A stretch of 20,000 nt of DNA from Neovahlkampfia damariscottae. Taxonomy: Eukaryota. The position numbers and the translations under genes were made by a program. Of the stretch, positions 10,401 to 19,719 are shown in pieces. Below the pieces are notes generated by a model. The model did no database searches. It had not been told where the DNA came from and worked only from the letters and a program-made list of their open reading frames with translations. The first letter of the stretch is position 1. Every line of letters starts with the position of its first letter. The stretch spans positions 53,695 to 73,694 of the forward strand of contig JABLTG010000100.1 in assembly GCA_016618085.1 (NCBI GenBank), read 5' to 3'.

Positions 10401-11333
10401 AATTTTGGCCTTAGTATAAGAGACATGGAGAAATTGTCAATTGAAATTAATTGTAATACTACAAAAACATCAATAGCTTGCTACTTAAATGGTTCATATA
10501 AAACATCATCTAAATCAAGACAAATTGCATCACATCTTCTATTAATTAATATTGGAGAATACTTAAGATTAAAAATCGAAACTGACTTACAATTTGAATA
10601 CTTTGGTATCACTTTATCTAATGAATCAGATAAATTATTTTTGCTGGCTAATAATTGCATTGTTCACAATTGTCTTGATTGTCCTGATTATGATTTATGT
10701 GAAGATTGTCATAAATCAAATTCCAAAATTGAGCATTTTGAAGACAAACATCAATGGAAAATTTATGATTTTGATGTTCATGGATCTGATATTTATGTTT
10801 ATTATTCCGAAAAAATAGCAACTTTAAAACAATTTGAAAAGAGTTTTAATTTGAAAAAGGAAACAAAATTGAAACTTGAAGAATTCAAAAAATCAGTTGG
10901 AGATGAAATGTCATCAAAAATTATTTATTTTTTGAGAGACCAAGACTTATTGACTGAAGAAGAAAATTCATTTGAAAACTCTTTGGTGAAAGAGAAACCA
11001 ACTGTATTCAATGCATTTTCAGGTGGTGGTAGAAGTTTGAAAAAAGATGAAGAGAAAGTGAATGAATTGATTGTGAAAGATTATGAATACAGATTTGATG
11101 AATCTAAACCATCAACATCAATTCAATTTAGATTTCATGATGGTTCAAGATTAGTGCAAAAATTTAACATGGATGATACTATTTCATCATTGTATTCATT
11201 TGTGAATTTACAAAAACCATTGAATTCATTTGATTTGATGAAATCTCATCCAAGAATGATTTTAACTGAAAAAAATCAAACTATTAAAGAAGCAGGTTTG
11301 AAAGGAGGTGGTATTATTCAAATCAAAAAATAA
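7495..11333 (+). CDS. ATE1: Arginyl-tRNA--protein transferase fused to a ZZ zinc finger (intein-interrupted), SHP box and UBX domain; 1241-aa precursor, 674 aa after protein splicing
   Basis: Exons 7495-7619, 7653-7783, 7821-8497 and 8541-11333 (introns of 33, 37 and 43 nt) join in frame. ATE1 motifs: CGYC, YEKLYDRGWQRSG, TCCAQYGIRLD, EEFELYKKYQVKVHRD, FLCESPL, FGSFHIQYI|LDGNLIAVSVVDVLPHGISSKY, SLGVFSVIQE, YYYLGYYVHNNSKVNYKGNYYPSELLCP. Confidence 0.93.
8904..10751 (+). other. ZZ-type zinc finger split by the intein (N-half 8904-8969, C-half 10671-10751)
   Basis: The spliced sequence VVHHGFTCDVCRKFNFTGNRYH|CLDCPDYDLCEDCHKSNSKIEHFEDKH matches the ZZ consensus H-x3-C-D-x-C...G-x-R-Y-x-C-x2-C-x-D-Y-D-L-C-x2-C...H..H. 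Confidence 0.95.
8970..10670 (+). mobile_element. Full-length intein with dodecapeptide (LAGLIDADG) homing endonuclease, VMA1/VDE (PI-SceI)-like, 567 aa
   Basis: Block A CLDKGTSILMADGSEKNIEDI; block B FICNSRHLLVV; block C LFGLWIGDG (9618-9644); block E FLAGLIDSDG (9972-10001); block F YFGITLS; block G FLLANNCIVHN followed by +1 Cys at 10671. Removing it restores a canonical ZZ finger. Confidence 0.97.
11016..11330 (+). other. p97/Cdc48-binding module: SHP box plus UBX domain at the C-terminus of ATE1
   Basis: FSGGGRSL (FxGxGxxL, 11016-11039) is followed by DESKPSTSIQFRFHDGSRLVQKFNMDDTISSLYSFV...FDLMKSHPR..L...NQTIKEAGL...IIQ, a p47/UBXN2-type UBX pattern. It is in the same open exon as ATE1. 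Confidence 0.9.
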
Positions 11334-11363
11334 AAATTGTTTTAACTATTCACAAATTTTATT

Positions 11364-13104
11364 TTAATGTTCACAAAGAGAGAATTCCCTTAAATAATGA
11401 TTTTCATCGACAATTCCTTGAATATATTTTCTTTCTTCCATTAATTTATCTCTGTCCTTTCTGGTTTCATTCAATGAAATTGGATATTCCAAAAATTCAC
11501 AAATCAATGAAATAACATCATTTGGGAAATTCCCAAAACATTGATATTGCACAAGGTATTTTTCAAGCCAGTTGTTTTGTTGTGGAGGAACCATTGATGT
11601 TGAAAGAATCTTATTTTTTGGGTTTACCAAAAAGAATACTAAGATTTTTCTGTGTCCTTTTTTCTTTTTTGGTAGTAATTGAAATGGAGCAACTCTATGT
11701 TGATAAATATTTGGGAAAGCAATACATCTCCCTTTGTGTGATTTTACATATCCTATTTCTTGGATGAGAGGATGTTCATTCTTCAATCCAAAGACTTTCT
11801 CAACATATTCGAAGTCGTTTTGTTCATATTCTGGTTCATGAACAGATTGACGAAAATGTAATTCTGATTCTGAGATATTGCTATTATCATAATAATAAAT
11901 CCCAGATGCGACAATATCTTCATTTTCCATCCCTTCTACATGCCACACACCTCCTTCATACTTTGGATTCTTTTCGGTGAGTACAATGTTTGCCAATTTC
12001 ACAATAACTTGTAGATTTGTTCCTCTTAAATCTATTGGAACAACTTCTGAGTGAGGATCATATTCAGCATTAAAAGTTAGATTGTTCGCAATATTGTCTG
12101 GTTCTACTAATTCTGGAGGGTTTAGAGCTGATTCTGGGATGACATGTTCAAATAAGCATATGAATTTTTCTAATATTTTTGAGATATCTTTGTATAATGC
12201 TCGATGTTCATATGGATGAAGATTATTGATATAAGAAAGGAAGTTAACTTTTCCATCAATTGTGACTTCAATATCAGCAGGTAACCATTGATATGTATCT
12301 GATGAAAAATTTGACTTTTTTAAATCTAACTTTTTCACTTCTCCATCACAAATCCATCTGAACATTGGAATTTCTGTTTGAATAATTTTACTGTCTGAAA
12401 TTTTAGTTTTTCCATTCACAAAAGGATACAAAGAAGGATGAACCAAATCAAAGACCTGATGAAGAAATGAAAAGATATGTTTACTTACTTGGTTTTTGCT
12501 TCCTGGATGCCAGTCTTTTTTCTCTTCTGGTATGTTTTCAAGTTTCGAAACATTGTAAATGAAACTTTCTTCTAAATCAGAAGGAATAAGATCATCGGAT
12601 TGATAAACAGCAAATATCGGTGAAGCAATAAGATTCCATTTTCTTCGGATAGTTTAATAGAGTTTTCTAATTTGGCAAAAGTGTAATCCATCATCTCTTG
12701 TGAGAAAATTTCTTTTCCTTCATCTATCCATTTTTTCATGATTTTTTTGTCTTTTAGTTTCTTTTCCCAACCTGGTTTTCCCAATACTTCTTGAGTAAAT
12801 CTTGTTTGAAGAATTTGTATTGAAGGGATTGGAGGGAAATCTGATGATCCATAATTGTAGTTCACACGAAAAGGTGATTTACAACTTGGCAATTCTTCAT
12901 TCAATCCAATTTTTCTTTTCTTTGAAGATGGTTCTTCTTCTTCATCAGAAACTGGAAATCCATCAGGATATTGAAGTGGATGTACTTTCAAAGTTTATTT
13001 GATAGATTTAACTTACAATATTGTTCAAAGTGTTCAGGATTTTTTCGATAACACTTCCCATCATGTTCACAAGTGGTTTGTGATGTCCAAAGTGATTGTC
13101 CCAT
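11364..13104 (-). CDS. DUF4246-family (2OG-Fe(II) dioxygenase-like) protein with an N-terminal PBZ (zf-CCHH) zinc finger; one apparent frameshift near 12630
   Basis: ATG at 13104; introns at 13016-12985 (32 nt) and 12488-12456 (33 nt). Motifs: KPGWEKKLKD..I.KKW, DWHPGSKNQ|VFDLVHPSLYP, YQWLP, SYINNLHP, LQVIVKLANIVLT..P.YEGGVWHVEGMENE.IVASGIYYYD..NI, GRCIAFPNIYQHRV.PF, GHRKILVFFLVNP, ST..VPPQQ, ending FSLCEH. Confidence 0.85.
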
Positions 13105-13232
13105 GTCAATACTCAATCAAAGTGAATTAATGGATGTTGATTGGCCAACGATATTTTTATTGACGAATGAAAAATACTTGACTAAAATGAACAAATTGTA
13201 AATTTATTTTACAGGAAAAGATGAAATTATTT

Positions 13233-14239
13233 TTAAGAATTAAAACCTAATTCTTCTTCTGTGTATTCTTTTGTTTGTTCGCTTGTGTATCCACCATCTT
13301 TTTCGGAGCTTGTTGCACCTAAACCATAAACGACTCCAATGTTTTTTGGATCATCAAATTTATTTTCAAAAAATGTGGCCATCATTTTGAAGAATGTAAA
13401 AGAAGTCAATAAACTATCACTTCCAGCTTGATGTGCAGGTCCAATTCTTGAAATGTTTAAATCTTCAGCTACTTGGTTTAATCCTCCTTTCAATGGATCA
13501 CAACTTTTCATCAAATATTTAATGTCATAAATATAAGGAAAGAAAGTGCGTAAAAGATCAAAAAAATCTGATTCATTTGATGGAAGTGGTGAATTTGTTA
13601 AAACTTTTAAAAGGTAGCCAAAATCATAACCTCCATGAAAAGCAATCCATCGTACATCTGATGTTAAAACAACTCCTGAAGTCATCAACATTTCACCAAA
13701 TTCTTCAACATCAATTCCTTTAAAAATGTAAAAAAAAAAAAACACTGAACCTTCTTTTTCAAGTTTTTCGAAATTGATACCACTATTTGATAGTAAATCT
13801 ATTGACTCTTGAGCATACATATCCTCTCTTTGAAAAATGAAAAAAAAATTTGAATTTACAAAAGACTGAATTTGAAATTAAATTGCCATGTACAGTTTCC
13901 ATTTGTTGGTAGATTTCCTGAACCATCAGAAAAAGTTAAACCAAGTTGAATAATTCTTAGTAAATTAACGTTACAACGAAGTGTTTGGTAGTGATATTCT
14001 GAAGTAGTTCTGAAATTACCAGTAGGTCTTGCTACAACACCAGGAAATTCCGTATCCTTTTTATTTTTTCAGATTCTTTTTTTTTTGTTTACCATGGAAA
14101 CATAATTATATTTATCAACAATTTTTAATATATTGTTCATCTCTTCTTTCAGATTATGTTTCCACACATCAATAATATTAAATTTTTCTGTGTCAATTTT
14201 TGTTATTTTGTTATTTCCATTTGAAAGATACTTGCTCAT
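13233..14239 (-). CDS. CAF1: CCR4-NOT deadenylase subunit CAF1/POP2 (CNOT7/8), DEDD nuclease
   Basis: ATG at 14239; introns at 14092-14057, 13859-13828 and 13750-13718. Spliced motifs: [93 protein letters not shown]. Confidence 0.96.
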
Positions 14240-14375
14240 CTTTTTGTTGTTGAGCAAAAACAGTTGAAAAAAATTAACCAATGATGGATGTTGAAAATTC
14301 CTACGGAAATGTTTTATGGTTGGTTGATTATTGGTCTATTTTTATTTTAAAAACAATTCCGACTCCGACAAGAAA
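14240..14375. promoter_or_regulatory. Short divergent (probably bidirectional) promoter region between CAF1 and the HECT gene
   Basis: Only 136 nt separate the two head-to-head ATGs. The region contains CCAAT (~14278) and ATTGG (~14330) in opposite orientations. Confidence 0.5.
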
Positions 14376-17050
14376 ATGGGAGATGAAGTGATGATAGATG
14401 AAATCTCCACAAAAGATAATAAAGGAGTTATTCAAATTAATAAAAATCACTTTAACGACAATAGAAAGAAATTGACGTTACTCATAAAAGCGTAAAAACT
14501 AATTTTTTTTTGTTTAAAATTTAAAATAGTTATTACCATCAATTGGTAAAAGGATGTGTTTTAACTCATTGTACAAACAAATACTGTCATACTAACCAAG
14601 GTATGTTTTTTTTTTTTTTTTTAAATTCAAGAAACAATTCAACCAAATGAAGCAGCCAAACTAGCATTAGAACTAGCAAAGAAATCAATCGTAAAAGAAG
14701 AATATTACTTTTGCGACTGTCAAAATCCTTGTATACCTTCAAAATTAGACTCCGGAGCTACTTGTGTTCAATATGAATATATTTTTGGTGAATTCGAAAT
14801 TTCAAAAAAGAAGAATGATTTTAAAACATTTTTATCAGAAATTGAATTAATTTTTTCAAATAATGATGGCTTAGGTCGATGTTTCTTAACAGTAAAAAAA
14901 AATTAAAAAATTAAACATCAAATTCAAAGAAAACTGGGCTTAGAAATTTTTCAAATTTACCAGAAAATGAACATTCCATTGATTTAGATTCATTGAATCA
15001 ATTTTATCAAGAAATTGAAAAAATAGTAACTTTTTTTTTTTTTTACACATTTATTTTTGACAAGAAAGATGATAATTTGATGAATGAATTTAAAAAAATA
15101 CTTGAATCAAAAGCAGAAAAATTATCAAAATCATCATCAAAATTCACAACCGTTGATCAAATAAGACAATTCATCATCCTTTTAGAAGTAAAATTAATTT
15201 TAATTAAAAAAACAAAAAGTTTCCTGGATTTATGGAGCCTTCTTATCATCCTATTTTAGCTGATTTAACAAAAAGTATTTTAAATTTACCAAATAAATTA
15301 AAAGACAACATGAAAACATGGTTAGCTAATCTTGATAGTGACAGGTAAGAAAAAAAAACTAATTTTTGTATCATAGATTTTTACGTCTTATTAATGTATT
15401 TCATCAATATATTACCATTCAACTTTATTATATTGGTTATATAGATGAAAAAATAGCTTATGCAACAAGAATTATTGGTTTATTAAGTAAGTTTAAGTTT
15501 TTTTTTTTTAATTTGATAATATTATAGATAAGGCAAATGATATCAGAGAAAAACCAAAGAAAATTAAATTTGATAAATTTTATAATGATGCTGTTAATAA
15601 TATTGTTGATTTAGAACAAGACTATGAAAGATGGGTGAAATCAAGAGAAGAAAAATTAGTTGGATTTAAGAATTTTGCTTTTTGCAATTATGCTTTCATT
15701 TTAGACGCAAATTCAAAATCAAAGTAAGAAATGAAAAATAGAATTTTACGTTCAAAAGGATTTTAGAAATTGATGCGAATTTTCAACAATCTGAAAGTTT
15801 AAGAGTTTGTTTTTTTTTGTAATTTCATTTTTGACTTTCTTTATAGCAAGCTTTTTTCAGTATTGCTTTGTTTCAAGTTCCAACATCACTTTATTTGGTT
15901 TTAAAAGTGAAAAGAGATAATTTAGTTGAAACAACATTAAATGAAGTTCGTTTTACATTTAGATATCATTAACTTTTAACAGCTTGTTATGAAAACCAAT
16001 GATTTTAAAAAACCACTTCGTGTAAAATTCATAGGCGAAGAAGGAGTAGATGAAGGTGGAGTTCGAAAAGAATTCTTTCAATTATTGATCAAAGAGTTAG
16101 TGGACACAAAATATGGAATGTTTACACGTAACGATGAAACTCACACTTTTTGGTTTAATCCACATGCTTATGAAAGTTCAAATAACTTTAGGCTTGTTGG
16201 AATTGTAAATTTTATTTTTAATTTTTTGACAAATTTTTAGATTCTTGGATTAGCCATTTACAACTCTGTTATTTTAGATTTACACTTTCCATCTGTTGTT
16301 TATAAAAAACTTTTAGGTAAAACTCCTAAATTTTCAGATTTAGAAGACTTTGATCCATCATTGGCAAAAGGACTCAAACAATTATTAAAATATGATGGAG
16401 ATGTTGAAGGAACTTTCTTAAGAACTTTTCAAATTGAAACTGAAAATTATGGTGAAAAGATTAAAGTTGATTTAAAAAAGGATGGAGGAAATATTCCTGT
16501 AACTAAAGAAAATAGACAAGAATATGTTGATTTATTAGTACAATATTTGCTTGTTGATTCAATTGAAAAACAATTTTCACCTTTCAAACAAGGATTTGAT
16601 TCAGTTTGTTCTGGTCGTCCTTTGGAATTATTCAGATATGAAGAGTTAGAATTATTGGTTTTAGGAAGTTCAGAACTTGATTTTGAAGCACTTGAAAAAG
16701 TTACAAGATACGTTCAAGGCTATTCTCCAGATGATGAATATATCAAGTAAAAAAACTTCAAAATTTTAAACAAATTTTCTTGCAGAGCTTTTTGGGACAT
16801 CATTAAGAATTTATCTTTGGAAGAAAAAAAGAAATTTTTACAATTTACAACTGGAAGTGATAGGGCTCCAATTAAAGGTTTAGGAAGTATGGAATTCTTT
16901 ATTTTGAAAAATGGAGATGATACAGATAGATTACCAACAAGTCACACATGTTTTAATCATCTTTTATTACCAAAATATTCATCAAAAGACAAATTAAAAA
17001 AAATGATTTTGACAGCAATCAATAATGCTGAAGGTTTTGGTTTGATGTAA
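14376..17050 (+). CDS. UBE3A/E6AP-like HECT E3 ubiquitin ligase with an N-terminal AZUL zinc-binding domain; multi-exon
   Basis: The likely ATG is at 14376. AZUL-like [19 protein letters not shown]...[11 protein letters not shown] lies at ~14530-14680. HECT motifs: [91 protein letters not shown], catalytic [10 protein letters not shown], ending GFGLM-stop. Many short GT-AG introns; internal boundaries are not all resolved. Confidence 0.92.
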
Positions 17051-17665
17051 ATCAAATGAATAATTAATTTTTGATAAATTTTTAATATGAATTTTATTCA
17101 ATTATTATCAGAAACATTTTATATTAAAAATTTATCATTTTTTGTTTTGCCCAATCAACATCAACATTGTTGAAAAAACAAACAACGAACTAAATGAATT
17201 TATAAAAACAAACATGTAGTTCTTGTGTAGGTTTCTTCTGCAAGATTTGTTTAAACAATTATTAAAAATCAAATATTCACTCATCTTCAAAAACCTAAAT
17301 AATTTTGAAATTATCAATTTAGGATTGAAAATTAAATCCAAAATTTACAACTAATTATGCACTTATGAATTACAACTTGAAGCTTTGATTTTTTGCAACT
17401 TCAACAAAAAGACTCTGTGGAAATAAATCAAAAATCCATTCCACAGCCGACCAATTACAAGTCTTTTGAAGGATGGAATGTTCGAAAATTTTCGTTGTTG
17501 AGTAAATTCAACAAAAGAAGAAAAATATTCCGTAAAAATGATTAAAATACAAGCAAGCAGCATTCAAAGCAACTACGATAATATTCTCCTGATATCCAAT
17601 CAAAATATTCAGAGTTGATTTATCCAATTAAAATAGTTTAACGACAATCAAAATTAAACACAAAG

Positions 17666-19461
17666 ATGAAAGGAAATGTAATTTTCATGCTTTACATATG
17701 CTTGTTCTTGATACAAATTATTTCATCACAGGTCAGAATTCATACTGTTAACGATTTCAATAGGTTGTTACTTGCTTTGGAAAAGTACCTTCAGATGCTG
17801 ATGTATGCTCTGGAAAAGGTACATGTGTTTCTACAGATCTATGCACTTGCAGAAGTGGATATGATGGACTTCTTTGTGAAATAAATCTTTCCAAGACAGA
17901 ATACAATAAAGTCTTCAGTTTCGGAGGCAACAGTGTATGTTTCAGAAAGAAAAATCCTAAAATTTTCATATAGTATGGTGAACTTGGTGATGGTACTGCC
18001 AGCGCCAAATTTAAACCTGTCGAAATGGTCACACAAAACTATTTGGTATCAACAGTTGCATCAGGATACCGAACAAGCTTTGTTGTGAAAAATTTTAGTC
18101 GTACGCTTGGATTTGGTGCTAATAGTAATGGTGAAATTGGAGATGCATCTGAAGGTAATGTTCTTAATCCAACAGGTTTTTCAGAAAATACAAATGTCAA
18201 ATCAATGAAAGGTGGATTCCAACACACTTTAATGTTGAAGCTCAATGGAAGTGTGTATTCAAGCGGTAGTGGTGTTTATGGACAATTAGGACTTGGTTCA
18301 AATGTAAATTCATCAAAAGGATTTCGATTTGTTCAACATTCTATTGTTGAAATTGATGCTGGTTTTGAACATTCTTTAATGTTAAAAGAAGATTCTTCGG
18401 TTTATTCATTTGGAAAAAACACTAATGGAGAATTAGGTGTTGGTGACACAACAAATAGATTTCTACCAACAAAGGTATTAACAATTTCTAATGCTATTCA
18501 AGTTTGTGCTGGAAGAACTCATTCAATGGTTTTAGTTCAAAGTGGACAAGTTTATACTTTTGGATCCAATTTGTTTGGTCAATTAGGGATTGATTCTTAT
18601 AATGACCACAAACACTCACCTCAATTAATTTCAAATACTGGAATTGTTTCAATTGCTTCTGGTGATTATCATTCATTTTTGATTACTTCAACAGGTAAAG
18701 CATTTGGATTTGGATGGAACAATTATTATCAAGTTGGTGATGGATCAAATACACTACGTCGAAAACCGAGATCTGTGTACGGAATATCAAATGCTGCAAA
18801 AATAGCTGCTGGAACACATCATACTCTTGTATTAACTTCAAATGGAAAATTATACGGTTTTGGATCGAATACTGGAGGACAAATGGGAAATGGCTACACT
18901 CTCTATTATAATTATAGAACATTAGTTGCTGATTCAATGTCTGGGATTGTTGATGTTTCTGCTGGTCGACATACAACTTTAATTGTCCAATCACAACACA
19001 CATGTTTTGGGAAGAATAACCAACAAAGTTCTGTTTGTTCAGGAATTGGAGTTTGTGTGAATACAAATGTTTGTAGATGCCCAAATGGAAACTATGGAAA
19101 TGAATGTGAAGTTTTACCAGTTCCAACTCCTACTCCAATAGCAACACCGAACCCTTCACCACACCCAACACCTGCTTTTTCTTCAAACCAAAATCCGGTA
19201 CTTTCATCAAAACCAAGATCAACACCAGTATTTTCATCAACGCCAAATCCTGTTATGTCAACAAAAAATAGTCCGAGAGTGATGAAGCCAAGAGCAAGTA
19301 TAAATCCAACACTTTCATCATTTTTTGAACCAAAACTTTCTCAAAGTCAAGAACCAATGCTCTCAGGAAATGCACCAAAACAATCAAATATTATCTCCGC
19401 AGCTTCAAAAAATTACATATCCATTTTAGTGGTTTTTTCACTCTTTTTTATCATTTATTAA
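17666..19461 (+). CDS. Secreted/surface protein: signal peptide, EGF-like, RCC1/BLIP-II beta-propeller, EGF-like, Pro/Ser/Thr stalk, probable GPI-anchor signal
   Basis: Exon 1 is MKGNVIFMLYICLFLIQIISSQ, with introns at ~17732-17763 and ~17935-17973. TCFGKVPSDADVCSGKGTCVSTDLCTCRSGYDGLLCE is followed by repeated AG..H(S/T)L....G.VY.FG.N..GQLG units, a second TCFGK...CSG.G.C...N.C.C...YG..CE, a PT/PS-rich stalk, and a terminal hydrophobic tail ISILVVFSLFFIIY. Confidence 0.9.
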
Positions 19462-19649
19462 CCAAATTAAATTATTATTGAATGAATCCTGTTTTTTCAA
19501 AACAAAAAATAAAAAATTATCCCAATAAATGTGTCAATGATCTGATTGATCACATAACAACTCAACGGCCAATGAATTGATGGTTATTGTGATAAAAGTG
19601 GCCAATTAGATTTAATTTTGCCAGTTATTTTTAGAATTTTTATTTGAAG

Positions 19650-19686
19650 TTGTTCAAGTTGAACAAAAAAGACCTTTTGTTCAACT
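19650..19686. repeat. Nested inverted repeats built from three TTGTTCAA units
   Basis: AGTTGAACAAAA (19657-19668), a 6-nt loop, and TTTTGTTCAACT (19675-19686) form a perfect 12-bp hairpin. TTGTTCAA (19650-19657) g TTGAACAA (19659-19666) forms an overlapping 8-bp inverted repeat. Confidence 0.75.
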
Positions 19687-19719
19687 AGAAAATACTGAAA
19701 AAGATCTCAAGTATTTAAA

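Noticed and set aside
8970..10670. Hedgehog/Hint-only autoprocessing domain, or a group I intron-encoded LAGLIDADG ORF
   Set aside because: The Hint N- and C-terminal blocks enclose the endonuclease, the terminal His-Asn and +1 Cys are present, and the insert is in frame with the host on both sides. This is a canonical intein.
7495..17050. Operon-like cluster of protein/mRNA turnover genes (ATE1-UBX, CAF1, HECT)
   Set aside because: Orientations are mixed and these gene classes are common in a compact eukaryotic genome. There is no evidence of co-regulation beyond the shared CAF1/HECT promoter.
17051..17665. Short minus-strand ORFs (17135-17341, 17363-17563) in the longest intergenic gap
   Set aside because: I found no recognisable motif or consistent exon chain. 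A small or decayed gene cannot be excluded but is unsupported.
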